64,000 nt of DNA, taken from contig JAUCBJ010006988.1 in assembly GCA_032718475.1 (NCBI GenBank), positions 124,001 to 188,000 on the forward strand, given 5' to 3'. The notes beneath the pieces were generated by a model. It saw only the letters and a program-made list of their open reading frames with translations. It ran no database searches and was not told the DNA's origin. Positions 1-14,000 of this stretch are shown here, one piece after another; position 1 is the first letter of the stretch, and every line of letters begins with the position of its first letter. Position numbers and translations under genes: made by a program. The stretch is from Nemertoderma westbladi (taxonomy: Eukaryota; Animalia; Xenacoelomorpha).

Positions 1-2498
1 CTGTATACAAATGTCCTTGAAAATGGCGAATCCAGCGCTGTCTAACTTCTCAGCAGCTGAGTTTCTTAGGCTGAGCTTAGTCAAAGCGCGGTCCTTGAAC
101 TGACTATCAACGTTACGGAACAGAGTCAGAAAGCGCCTAAAACATTCAAATCGGATGAATTTATTGTGTTCATCTAGCTTGGCGAGTTTGGTTCCAAGTA
201 ACAAGGGATGAGCGCGTATGGTGCGACTGCACACATCGGCTAGCCAACCGGCAAGTGCGGCGTTCTCGAAGATAGTGTATATAGCTAATGAGGAACGAAG
301 TGGAACACTCATGAAGCTATAAACGACGCCAGGTGCAGTTAATGGTCCGTCGAAGTATAATCGAGAATAATGATCTCCATATACTTGTTGATAGTTGATA
401 GGGTTTCCGACTTTGAAATTCCATCCATATTCTTGAAAGGCAAGATGTCCGATGGAGGTTCGTTGGACTTTATTGATGCCGCTGGATGTATTGGCATACA
501 TAGTTCGGAAGAAACCTCGGCCTTCTGCCCAGGGAGCAATCAGCTGGGTGTCTACGAAAGGATATGGGATATTCTCCATGTTCCTAAAGTCATTCTGGAG
601 ATCTCCATAAACAGCTGAGCCGATTTTAAGGATTCTTTCGTTGAACAACATCTCGAGCACTGGCTGGGGTAACATCGATCCATCCATACCCATGGCCAGT
701 TTGCGCTCGGTATCGGTGACGTAACGCTATGCGAGTTCGAATTGTCCATGTCGGAGTTTCTTTTGGATCTCGGTGAGAGTCTCAAAAGAATAATCGATCA
801 CGTCGGAACACGCTCGGGTAAACACATGGGTAGAACCAGCTAGTCCACGTATGTGTATCATCCGCGTAGTTCCCAGCTCTCCAACCGGAACGCCGGTTTC
901 ACCATATAATATTGAGTTAGATTGACGTAATAAGGATGGTCTTTGATCCCATAAAATGAGTTCGGTAAAGGTGTAGCGCGTAGGTTGACCTCGTGTACCA
1001 TACGACGGACAAGATCCGCTCGATTGTCCGGAGGTTCAACGAGTATACCGTCGACACGAGCGGCCTCAATTGGCGGACGTTGTAACATAGGAGCGTCAGT
1101 GATAAGATCTCGAGATCTTAGGTTGATATCAACCAGTTGGGGTTGTACCGTGGCGAAGAGTTTGTCTCCGAAATGGGGAACTATCGAGGGATGAATGATG
1201 GTTTTGGAATAGAGATCAGTCATAAGGATTTGAGCTTCTGGTTGGGCTAAAGCTGCTTCTTCTCTCTCGTCCATTTCGATGTGCTTCTCCTCGAGCTGAT
1301 TTTCCTCCGCTTTTCGTTGGAAGCGTTCATCTAAAAACTCTTGTAGAGAGTTTTGCCGAATAGCATCTAACGCGTTTCGTACAACGCTCTCCTCCACCTC
1401 GGTGACGGGTTGTATCGGGGTTAAACCGGGACGATTATACGGGTTGAACGGCGATATTAAATGTCAGCGTCCCAATCCGGCTAGATTGGATGGGCGAATA
1501 TCTAGAGAGCCCACTACCGGAGTGCCACCGATTAATTGTTCGGGTAACACTAGATCTTTGAACAGTGAGTACAGTTCAGGGGGATCCGTTATACTATTAG
1601 GATCAAGAGTCTGAGGTCTCACTAGGGAATGAGGAGGTCTGAGCGAGTATTCCGGAACTCTGATCATCGGTTTATTTAAGGATCGTTTGAGTCGAGCGAG
1701 CGTAGGTGACACGTCGAACAAGTTTTGCTCCAAACTCCCGTAAGTATAGCGAGTAAAGCTGTGTTTAGCGCAACGTCTCCGCGGATGTTTATGTCTTTCC
1801 GTTTGTTGGTTGGGTCTAGGGCATTCATCGCAATAATACCAAAGACGGACGTCTTGTAGGGGAAACGATGGTGATCTTTCTCCAGTTTCACAATATTCCT
1901 CCATCTGTTCGAAGCTATCTGGTACAACAGGTAGCGGTCGATCGGCGGTAAGATACATCATAGTGAAATAGAGTCATTTGAGTTCTATCATAGGGTCATG
2001 ATGTATACCTTGAGGATATCGAGTTTCTAGATTTTGTTGACTGGCTACATTGAGATATGTTTCTCTCAAGAATTCCAGATATTCGTTGAAGTCACTGCGT
2101 TTATCCGGCTCTTCAACGTCTTCTCTTTCGAGTCGGTTTCGAATAGAATTTTCGTGTTTGATTCTCAGTTTATCGTTCCGACTCCGCTGGGTATGATATT
2201 TAAATAGGATCATTTCCCTTTCGGTGTCTACATCGTCCGTATCGTGTAAATCGATAGGATTACCAGTAGTTAAGAAGTCCATATACGTACCATTACGATG
2301 CGTATAGCGAGCGGTGAATTTTCTATAGTCCAATTCACGCGTGAGCTGTTCCTTTGACATTGGCGGTTCGATATAACGGCCATCGTCCTCCGTAGTGGGT
2401 TGACTAGCGTCACCGCTTATTAAACTATCAACAAACGCTTGCAATGGTAGGGTATATCGCTCCCTGATACCAATATCATATTCTATCAACTCAGTCAT
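1..2498 (-). pseudogene. Disrupted long extra ORF (>830 codons) downstream of BEL pol, with putative DEDDy/RNase D-like 3'-5' exonuclease domain in its distal part
   Basis: ORFs 1974-2498, 1464-1961 and 858-1397 share one frame and are separated only by single TGA codons. After a frameshift near 915 the reading continues (one TAG at 727-729) and is open to position 1: ...GTTRMIHIRGLAGSTHVF...MLPQPVLEMLFNERILKIGSAVYGDLQNDF...FVDTQLIA...SIGHLAFQEYGWNFK...YFDGPLTAPGVVYSF. This resembles WRN/EXD2/RNase D exonuclease segments in the right order. Confidence 0.6.
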
Positions 2499-4225
2499 AG
2501 CTGCTATATGAGTTTATCGATATTATAATTAATTATATTTAGGCTAGCGGTCGTCGCTGCCTCCCCCTCAATGCCCCCGGACAGCGCAAGATCCTCAGCG
2601 CTGATGTACTGTCATCGCTGTGCCTCTCGCCAATGTAGTAGCTACACAATGACAACAATAACCGGCGAGAGTCACTCCACTGTCCGTCCCAAGGGCTTAG
2701 AATTACTTCAGGTTCTTGCTACAGAGGTAGGGCAACTTTCACAACTGCGACTCGCTACTGTAAACACACTTTAGTAGTAACATTCACCTATAAATGCACA
2801 AATTCCACACAACTGTCACACATTGTACACATTCGGGCCATTTGTCCGTTAGTCAAGTGCCTGCCATGTTATTATTATGTATCCCTGGATACTAGCAGTG
2901 TGCCATTTATTCCGTATGCTATTCAATGGGGCAATCTTTCTATTGTTCTTTTAACTCGCTTCTAATTCTAGCGTGGTTGTTGCTATGGTGACATTATGGA
3001 AAGCTAGCAGTAGAATTAGGGTAATTCTCATGCATACAGATCTGGGATGCTATTTAATAGTAATTCTTTAATTGTCAATATTCCCCTTTATACAAGATTT
3101 TATGAATTTTATCGGCTATTGACTATATATTGAAAATTCTCGCACACTAATATACTTAATAGGGTGAATCTCTGCTCCCATGATCTATCAATTAATGGAA
3201 TTTTGGGAATGTTATAAATTGTATAAAATAACAATTTATCAATTTCATGAGAGGATATGAATTTAAATTTATTCCCGTAAATTTTATTATTTAATATTAA
3301 AATAGACACAATTTTCTTCCAGAACATGTCTGGGGACTAGGATCCTTAATTCTAGGAAATTGGTCTTTTTAAGAGTATCGGTAAGTACTACGATATCTTA
3401 ATCGACTAGAATTTTAAAGGATCTGAATTTTAACAGATTTTGGATTTCTAGATTTTCTTGGTTTACAAACTCCTTAGAGTAGATTTGTCTGTTTTTTACT
3501 CTATTATAACATTTGTTTTAATAGATTTTATAAATATTTATTAAATATTTAATATTTAAGATGGGCACCGATTTATTCCAGAACATGTCTGGGGACGTTA
3601 ACCACTGATTCTAGAATTTTGTCTTTCAAGTATATCGGTGGGTGCCGCGATATCTTAATCTACTAGAATTGCAGATGGTCAAAGGGTTTAACAGATTTAT
3701 TTTGCATTTTACGCTACTGTTAAATGGACATCATTCTACTATATGTATTATTTAATATACGGTATGAGAGCAATATTGCAAGAAGCAATGTCAGTGAGAA
3801 GAGGCAAGTCGTTTCCAAGGTCTACCCAGAGTTTGGTTTAGCTGAGACACGAGGATCTGAACTTTGCATTCCTAATACTCTACTTACCAATAATACTTGA
3901 GTATAGTAGGGGCAGTATTTTGTACTTTAATAAGTACAGACATTTAATCTTACTGTAGTCCATGTATTTATAATATGATACGGACAGTAAGGAAAGAGAA
4001 AATAATTATTTCTCGCCGTTACACTAAATATAATGCTAAGTATTTAAGTAATAAACACGAATATATATATTGCACTAATCTACTAAATAATCGTTAAAAT
4101 AATATTCTACTAAATAAAATTAAAGAAAACGATTATAATAAAATTACATAATAATACATACATAAATATAAAAATAATAAAAAAAAAAATAAAATAAGGT
4201 AGTCACACACCCACTCCAGATGCTG

Positions 4226-7200
4226 TTACGTTGGGGAGTCCCTTGATGTTTGTTGGATTAGGGAGGTGGTCGTGGGAAGAGTATTTTGCCTTCCATAGTT
4301 TCCGGATAGTTCTCTGTCTCTTTCCAGTAAACATAAACGACCAACTGGGCGATTGAGTTGTTGTGTTTCGAATACAATTCCAGGTTTCTTAAAGTTAAGT
4401 CGAATGACGACGAGTTCTACCGATCGCACTAAACCATCATCGGATATATGAGTCTCGATGATACGACCTATCTGCCACCGCTTACGTGGAAGATCTGATT
4501 CCACAATAAGGACTATGTCTCCGGCGCTGACGTTTTCTTGCTGCGCAAACCACTTGGTTCGAAGTTGTAGCGTAGGCAGATAATGTTTTTCGAAATGGTC
4601 AGCAAAACGACGGGATAATAACTGAATAAGTTGCCAAGTTTGTCGGCAGTATTTGTCTCCGTCCGTGATTTCCGATTGTGGGAGCATGGCTACAGGTTTC
4701 TTCAGTAGGAAATGCGTGGGTGTTAGAGCTTCTAGGGAGTCGGGACTCAATGAGACTGGCATAAGCGGTCTCTCGTTAAGATAGGTGGCGATTTCTTCCA
4801 TTAACGTCCGCAATAGTTCGTCGGTGAGATACGCGCGGCAAGGCACTATAAAGTAAAATGCGGTCTTCACGCTCCTTATTAATCTCTCCCAACTTCCTCC
4901 CCACCAAGGGGCGTCGGCGGCGTTGAAGGTCCAGCTAGATGCTGTTACCCTTAGCTGATCGGCCACCTGTCTTTGGTTCCAATCTTTAATGTAAGCTTTG
5001 ATCTCGTTATTGGCACCAATAAAGTTCATTCCCTTATCAGATCTCATTGTGTTGCTAGTTCCAAAGCGAGCGATCTGTCGGCGTAAACTCAGTATGAAGC
5101 TGTTGGTAGATAGATCGTTCACCATATCTAGATGGATCGCTCTACAAGTCATACAGAAAAGATGACACACCATCGCTTGACTATAGTCCTAGCACGATAT
5201 ACTTCAATAGGGCCAAATAAATCCACACCAGTATTAGTAAAGGGTGGTTCATAAAAGCTTACTCGTTCCCTAGGTAATTCTGCCTCTCGCTGTGTTAAAG
5301 GCCTACTGAATGCTTTCCTACAGGGTATACAGTTCCTAAGAACTTGGTTCAGAGCTCTACGGGGCTTATGGAAATAATAGCGAGTTCGAATTTCGCTAAG
5401 AACTCGTTCTCTACCAGCATAGTAAAGCCTACTGTGAACATCTACAATCATCTTGATTTGTATTTCAAGATTTCTAATGAGTATGGGAAACTTAGTGTCA
5501 AAGGATAATGGAGCATTAGTTAGTCTCCCTCCAACACGTATTAACCCATCTATCATTGTGCTAGAGAAACGATCCCTTAAGCGCATCTGTGGATTTCTCA
5601 ACAACAGGAAATACTTATCGGAATCTTCATAGCATTGCAGGAGTCTCAGTATCTGCTTATTGGTTTCTTCATGCTCTTGATAACTGATCTTCTCCGTCAG
5701 AAACCTATCCGACACTTTGTAAGTGGGAAGATCTTTAATAGCATGGACCTGTTCGGATATCATCTGAGCAGTAACATTAGCGATCTTCGTCCTGGAATAG
5801 TGATGGTGGAAGCATCTTTTCAGATACACGACAGCCTTACAAAGCCGATTCCAGGAGTTATAATGATTTATCGCTCTCTGCAGGAGAGGTGAGAGTCCCT
5901 GCGAGATGTCTGGTGTTCCAGATCTCCAGTCTCTCTCTCTGATCTCCACAACAGATCGGTTCGAGGTGGGGGAGTTTAGATCCACAGCGTCGTCCCTGGC
6001 AATCTGTAGTACAGACAGATCTATCACGGGTTTAAATAACCTTGATTTACTCGTCCGGGTTTTAGGTTTGACTTTCTCCACTCCCTTGGCTTGTCTAATC
6101 TCAGCCGTGGTGAGATGAGTAGGCCATTCATCCTCTTCTTTACTTAGGAAGTCGGGTCCACCTAACCAGTCAGGAGTATCTATCAGTTCTTGAGGAGTTG
6201 CTCCTCTGGAGGCGATGTCGGCTGGATTAATCGTCCCAGGGCAATGTCTCCATTGATCTACATTAGAGCGACTAAGTATAATGGCTACTCTGTTGGTAAC
6301 GAAGACGCTGAACTGACAGACTTCATTGTTTATATACTCCAAAACGAGTAAAGCATCAGTCCAATAGACAGTTTTCTCCAGTGGATAGTCGATCTGTTCT
6401 GTTACATTCCGGCCGATGGCTGTAGTGTATAGAGCCGCCTTTAACTCCGCTCGAGGAGCTCGTAGTTTATTGTTTATCAAGGCCTTAGAGGTGACCAAGG
6501 CAACTTTGATTCCATCTGGAGTTTCAACCCTCAGGTAGGCTACTATACCTATTCCCATATCGCTGGCGTCTCCAAACACATGGAGTTGATAGGAATACGT
6601 GGGGAGAACATGACCAAAATATGAACGGGAAATCGTAAAGTTCTCGATGGACGGTAGAGAATCTTCCCATTCCATCCACTTCTTTAGTAGTTCTCCCTTA
6701 AGTGGATCATCCCACGAGTGGTTTTCAAGCCACATTTGTTGCACTAAGCTCTGAGCAACCAATATAACTGGACTAATAAATCCCAATGGATCGAAATAAG
6801 TGCTCAGGATACTTAGACAAATCCGTTTAGTTCTAACTGGATTATCTCGCTGTTTTAACTGGAAAAACTAGATATCTCTCTCCGTGTCCCATTTTAAACC
6901 AAGTGTTTTGGTTTCCGGAAGATCGTCCTTGATGAGGTCCAGATCTTTAACACCTCGGTCTTCTACCGGGATCGATTCCAGAAACTCACGGGAGTTACTG
7001 GTGAATTTGGTTAGTCGAAATCCACCGCGTTGCAAGCACTCTACCATTCCCTTGGCAACATCAATGGCTTCTTCCACTGATGCGAGGGACTTTAAATTGT
7101 CGTCCATGTATATATCCCGTTTGATGTTGTCAATAACCGCTTTAGAGAAGGCGTCTCGGTTGTCATCAGCAGTGGTACGCACTACTGAACAAGCGTTCGA

Positions 7201-10200
7201 GGGGCTCGAGATAATCCCGAAAGCCTAGATGGTCATCCAGTACTCCACCGGTTTTAGGTTGAGATCTCCTTCAGGCCACCACAGAAATCGTAGGCTGTGT
7301 CGATCCCTATCCAGCGCCTTGACTTGTAAGAACATGCCTTCTATATCCGAAGCGAAAGTGATAGAATATTGCCGTAATCTTAATAGTATTCCCAACAGTG
7401 ATTGAAGTAAGTTGGGTCCCGGCAACAATTCGGAGTTCAGGGATTGACCCATGTAAAGGGCGGAGCCGTCGAACACTACCCGGACTTCGTTGGGTTTACC
7501 TGGTTTGGGAACGTAATGATGTGTTAGATAATACGTTCTCTCTGTTATGGGTGTTTCTTCCGGTACTCGCTCCGCGTATCCCTTATCGATAAATTTCTTC
7601 AGCTGGGTTTTATACATTTCCCTGGCTGAAACATTGGCCGTAAGACGCCGATGTAGTTGCGCGATTCTCTTTTCCACTAAAGGTCGGTTATTTATAAAGT
7701 TGGGTTCTCGCCGTCGGAACGGAAGACCAATCTCATAGCAACCTTTATCTTTTAGAAAACGGGTAGTCGTTTCCTGAATCTGCTTGGCTCTCTCTTCCTC
7801 GACGGACAAGGCCTTGTCATAGGAAATAGGCTCTACGGCTCGATAGGAGGTCGATTGTATTTTCCTCGTCATATAATTGGGTGATATCGTCATTGTCTGA
7901 GGAGTATGGTGTTCCCTCAGTTGTGGTTTCTCCATCACTGATTTCATCTTCCCATTCACTCACCTGATGTAACCTGTCATTAGGGAGTCTTTCCATTAGG
8001 GTTCTACGGGAAGGTCAAGTGAAGTACCAACCTACTCTCGTTCTTCCCGCGTAAGTTTGTAATGGTTGCGGTCGAGCAGGCCGTTTTTCTAAGGTCTCAA
8101 GCGTTTCGTGCGCGTTTTGGCCAATTAATATCTGAACCCCTGGGTAATCGGTGTTGAATCTAGGGATATCATGTTGCTGGGTAAAATGGTCTTCATCCCA
8201 GTTGTAAGGTTCCACTTGGCTGGTAGCAAAGTTCTTTATCGACACCATTTTTACTGACCTTATGCTACGTTCTCCTAGTTCATCCTGGGGAGTGGGCAAC
8301 GCACCCACGTAGTAATCTGTAGCTACTGTGGATTTCCAAACCTGCATAATTCCTGAAAGGTTCAACTTAGTTCGGAACTTAGGTTGTCCAGCAAAGATGT
8401 CTTCGGCTAGTTCTTTGTCGATGAATGTACCTGTGCTGCCGGAGTCAAGGAGGGCGTTTACTATGAGACTCTTCCCTAGCCCATGGACTCTCAGCTGCAC
8501 AACAGTTGTCGGTCTGGAATAGTCAGTCGAGGCTCTTCATTTTCGGTTTCAGTCTCATACGTAAGTGCTCGATACACTGCGGTGTTTATCATATAACAGG
8601 ATTCGTTTTCGTCGGAGAATTCGTCCGTGTAGAATCCTTCCATCTCAGAGCTGTGGTCAGTGTCATTCACATCACTGAATTGGACATGTAGTTCGGGCTC
8701 ACTCACCTGACTCGTGTGGGTTCTGTCAAATTCTATGTGCACCAAGATATGATGTTTCGCGCCGCACTTAGCACACCTCGCATCTGAGTAACAGGTCCGC
8801 CGTTGGTGTCCTTGTCTGAGACAATTATAACACAACCGCTTATCCCACATGACATCACGTCTATCCTTTAGGGATTTCTTCAAGAATTCATCACACCCAC
8901 TCAAGCGATGGGGCCCGTCGCACAATGCACATTTGGGTTTGATGTTACTTACTTTAACCTGTGTGGTATTGTGCACAGTTGTTCTTTCCTCGGGTTTTCT
9001 TCCATGAATTCTCTTAGGAGACGTTGGAGGAGTTGTTACCTGTTCTCTCCCATCACTGGTTCGAGACTTAAATTTACTTACGTCTTTTCTCGTTTTATTG
9101 ACATAATAAGATCTTTCCGTGTCTTTCCCGCTGTTCTCCTCGTAGGAGGTTTGGCTTTCGCCGTCGTCTGTATAACACACTGGTGTTACCTTTCTCCTAG
9201 AAACGGGTTTTTCACTCACCTTATTTTCCGGTGTCTTCTCTCGGGACTGCTTTAGGAGCTGTAATCTTACCTCTCCATTTAAGAATGACATGAGATCAGC
9301 CATGGTAGGGTCCCTTTGTTGCTGGTCCATCATAGAGAACGCTTTTGTCCCAACGAGTACCTACTCCACCCTTTGGCAAAGTAGATGCTACAGCTCCAAC
9401 AACCATGGAACTCTGATATTCATGAGACTTACCTAACCAATCTAGTTGTCTACAGATCTCCTGAATCTCATCGGAAAACTCTATAATCCCGCTGTTAAGG
9501 AACTTTCTGGGTGCTACTAATTTCGCATACAAATACGTAGCTATGTTAGTCCTATTGCCATACATACCTGATGTTTAGTGTATCCCAAACTTGTCTTAAT
9601 CCATCTGGATGTCCAATAAACTTTAACGCCATTAACTTGGGAGGTCCTTCCAAGCACTCGATGAGGAATCTAAGTTTCTCTCCGTTGGATAGTACAGAGT
9701 TCTGTATGTTATCTTTATAATATTCATTAAAAGGTAACCATTTCATCTCATCTCCATTGAACTTGACGACCTCTCCCACCTTTACCGCTTGACGGGCTTC
9801 AGTTCTAGCCATTTGACGCGTAAAACTTTCTTGGGCCATCGTATTATATAATATCCAGTTATCGGTATATAAATTTCTCGGATTATGATCAGGTCTATAT
9901 GGAATATCATTATCAACAGGTTTATAATTACCCTTAATAGGGTTTACTATAGGAGTTTCTACTTCACTAGCAGTATAGATGCGTGTAGGCTCCACACCTT
10001 GCGCATGAAATACTTCAGACCTAACAGGTTGACACATTGTTACAGGGGGTGGTGGTATACCCATTTGTATATTTACTATTGTACTTTGTATTTTATATTT
10101 ATCGCGCTCTAAAGCGATACTGTGCTGATACTTCTTTCAACTCTAACCTATTCTCTCTCACTGTTCCCTTTAACTGCTGAACAGTCCCTTCTAACTCTCA

Positions 10201-10497
10201 GACCTGATGGGAAGAAAGTCTTTTGTATTTTTCCAGCTGCCCAAGCAGGCAACTCATCCCCTGCCTTCCCTCATCCACCCACTCGACCGCTGCTGCGGGA
10301 GCCGCCAATGTGGGTGACGCGTGGGGACGACGGGAGACAAGTCATTTATGTCTTGCTCGGCGTCCAGGACTGGATGTGGTTCCGGGGCTTGTCTACTGGG
10401 CACAGGTAATTTAGTACTGTGCAAAGGGAATTTAGAGTTAGGTTCTGGAAGTACAGGTGTCTCTATCACAGAGGTAGTGGCTTCGAGGACAGGCCTA

Positions 10498-10498
<1 letters not shown>
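4226..10498 (-). pseudogene. BEL/Pao gag-pol of copy A, 3' part (gag core, zinc knuckles, aspartic protease, RT, RNase H, integrase), frameshifted
   Basis: CALCDGPH/CYNCLRQGH/CAKCGAKHH knuckles; ALLDSGSTG protease; RVVFDGS, SDIEGMFLQV and YMDD RT; LHVFGDASD Pao RNase H; GVDLFGP, SDKG.NF and APWWGGSWERLI integrase. Split over many ORF fragments. Confidence 0.95.
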
Positions 10499-10530
<32 letters not shown>

Positions 10531-11097
10531 ATATTAATCCAAATAAATGGAGCAATTGGGCAACAACCTCTAAAGCTTATAAAAGCCCTCTTGCCGATTA
10601 ATTACATATTTATGTTTATTGCACCACGGACAGAGATAGATGTTAAATGAAACAAAAGCACACTTTGTTATCCACTGTACGTGATACACATCACACACAC
10701 CAAACGCACCACACGCACAAAAGTACCACAGTCACAAACGCACCCAAACCAAAAAAATGAGATTAGGGCATCAAAAGTAAACCAGCCCTGACCATTGCTA
10801 GTACCATTAATCAGATCGAAATTTATTGTTAAATTCAGAAGTTATGAACGAGTAGTGTGTAAAATAAGTAAAAATTAAGATTAAAAGATAGGTGTTGCAA
10901 TCCGCAAGATATAAAAGTTTAAAGGGGCAAATATTTGGAAGAATAAGTAAACCACTAACAAAAATTAAAAAGACTAAATTCTAGAATTGTTTTGCACTTT
11001 ATTATACATATGTTGTTCTGTTCCACTATGTTATTACTGTAATTTAAAACCTGAAAGAGAAAACCAGTGGTATGTTGAAACGGATGTACAGACTACC

Positions 11098-14000
11098 CTA
11101 ATAGCCGAGACTGTTAAATCGACCTGTATTGAATACGAATATTGTAATTACATCGATAAGGGCGACCGCCTTGTCGCGCAGCGCTGTTGTGGAGACTGGG
11201 TGACTGTCAGGTCCGTGTGGTGGGCCAAATAAGATAGTGGTAAGTGTTGGTCTTAGTCCTAAAGCCGAACTAGCTGCATGCAATATAATATGGTGAGAAT
11301 GAAATAGTGGGCATTCCATAAAGTAGTGGAAAACGTCCTCCCGTTGATGGCCACAGGAACATGATTTGACGGTTTGGACATGATTGGAGTAAAGGTCAGA
11401 GTTCAGAGATGAGCAATTACATCTCAGTCTGGCAAGTAAGCCGTTTATAGTTGGAGACCCAAGGGAGTAATAGGGAGGGATTGGATACAGAGAACAAAAT
11501 ATAGGCAATACACTTTGCTTAAAAGTTGTGATAGAGTCTGCGGACTGCTTATCTGTAGGAAGACTGTTCCAGAGACGAACGACGGAAGGCAAGAATGAGT
11601 CTCTGTAAAAGTTTCTGCGTGCCATTGGCGGACGAATGTTGCCAGAGTTACGGGTGTCATAGACGCTGGTAGACCTTACAACAGGGGGAAGCATGTCTAG
11701 TAAGTGCTGTGGGGCGTGGCCAGACATCATTTTATAGAAAATACACAATTTCTGATAGTCCCGTCTTTGTTGAAGTGGACATAGACCAGACTCCTTGTAC
11801 AACTTGTTTGTGGGGCAAGATATTGTTAATCGACACACGATTCGAATTGCTTCCTTATTTAGGAGCTCCAACTCAGTTTTGAGTTCCTGAGAACAGTTGT
11901 CCCAAACGGCACCGCGTATTCCAGGTTTGAATGAACAAAAGATTTGTAAATGTTAATTAATGCGTCTCTACCAACTTTGTACTTAACAATTCTTAACATG
12001 TTTAACTTCTTGTTGGCAGCGACGAGCATTTTTGCAACCTGTGAATGCCATTTTAAGGAGGATGAGAAGATGAGGCCGAGATGCCTATGCTCTGAGACTT
12101 CTGGGATAGGAATACCGTTGAGAAATAAGGGGAGGTGATTTGGGTCGCGCGATTTGCGGTGAGAAAAAAGCATACACTCAGATTTAGCAGGGTTAAATTT
12201 GACCAACCATCTTGCTCCCCAATTGGAAATTGAGTTGAGATCCGCATTAAGTGCGGATGCGGCAAGGATACAATTCGACCTAGAGTTGACTTCTATGTAA
12301 AGAGCTGTGTCGTCAGCATAGAGACTAATATTACCAGTGACTACGTCTACTATGTCATTGATAAAAATCAAAAACAGTAACGGGCCCAACACAGAACCTT
12401 GTGGAACTCCAGCCAAGACCTTAACTCATGATGACTGTTGACCATTCACTACGACGCATTGAGAATTATCTTTTAAATAGTTATGAAGCCATTCAAGAAG
12501 CTTTCCTCCAATACCCATGTTTTCGATTTTATATAGAAGACTTTAGTGGTGGACTTTATCAAATGCTTTGCTAATATCCAGGAAAACTATGCGTACCTCT
12601 TTTCCTTTGTCTAAGGCATTAACAAGGGCGTTGTATAGAGAAATCAATTGGTAGATGGTCCCATCACCACTTTTAAAGCCAGACTGAAATTTTGAAATGT
12701 AATTTTTGACATGAGCAAAGATTGTTCTGTGGATGTAATGTTCAAACAGCTTGCCGAGGTTACTAGTAAGGGCCACAGGATGGAAGTTGTTGCAAATATC
12801 GTTTGGAATATTTTTTAGGAGTGGCAAAACATAACGCAATTTCCAGTTCTTCGGGTGAACCGCACTATCAAATATGAACTGGAACAGTTTAGAAAGGTGA
12901 TTTATGATTACAGGCATCCCGGCTTTAATCATTTTATTGGAAATCCCCTCAGCCGCACAGGTAGCACTGTCAGGGTCTAAAGTTTTTATGTCACACAGAA
13001 TTTCGGGCGTATGAAAGACAATCTCAGTTAACAAAGGTTCTGGAAAAGCAGTATGAGGCATAATGAAGTTTGATTCATCCAATGAATACTGGTCGATGAA
13101 AAAGTAGTTGAAGAGGTCTGCTTTCTCTTTTGGAGTGACAGCAACAACATTATTATAAGATATTGAGGGAATCTCCTGTTCTGGTACTTTCCCCAGCAGT
13201 TGTTTACAGATCGACCACCATTGTTTACTGGAAAATCTGGTTGAAATGAGTTTGCCCGACAGGTTTGAGAAATACTCCTTTTTTGCTTTACGGCATTCAA
13301 GAATGTACTTGTTTCTGGCTAGGCGGAAACTGGTCCAGGAGTTGTCATTGTTAGTAGATTTTGCTGTCCTGTGAACTCTGTCCTTTATACGAGAGAGGCG
13401 CCTTAACTTAGTGGTGTACCATGGCTTGTCGTTTGGGCATACAGTAATAATTTTGTTAGGAATGGAAGAACTCGCACAGAGCATAAATTTGTCAGTCCAT
13501 GCAGAGACAACTTTGTTAACTTCTGTATGCTCTAAGTAGACACTATCCCAGTCTGTTTCACTCAACAGATGCCTGAATTTTGAAAAATCCGCCTCCTTGT
13601 ACAGCCAAATGCGCCTGGTGTACGATGGGATGTTTCGAATGGGAAATTTATATGAGAAAGAGATAACACAATGATCACTTGTGCCATAAGGGCTAGATAC
13701 AACTATATTGGAAATTGAATCGGGAAGATTTGAAATAACAGATGACGGCGAAGTGCTGGTCAATTGTGTTATACGTGTTGGCTCCCTAATATGTTGGAAT
13801 AAACATTGGCGTGAAATAAAGGAAGTTATTTCACGACATTTTGATCGGTTTAAAAGGTCCTGGTTGAAGTCGCCCAAAATAAGTATTTCATTGAAACCTA
13901 AACTTTTTATTTCTGAAACCATCGAATTTGCTGCTTCCCAAAAAGAACTAGTACTGGTGTTGGGGCGATAGAATAGACCTATGGCGAGTTTTCTAGAACT

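Noticed and set aside
858-2498. Extra ORF as an envelope glycoprotein
   Set aside because: No signal peptide, transmembrane segment or Cys-rich ectodomain pattern in the visible part; the protein is hydrophilic.
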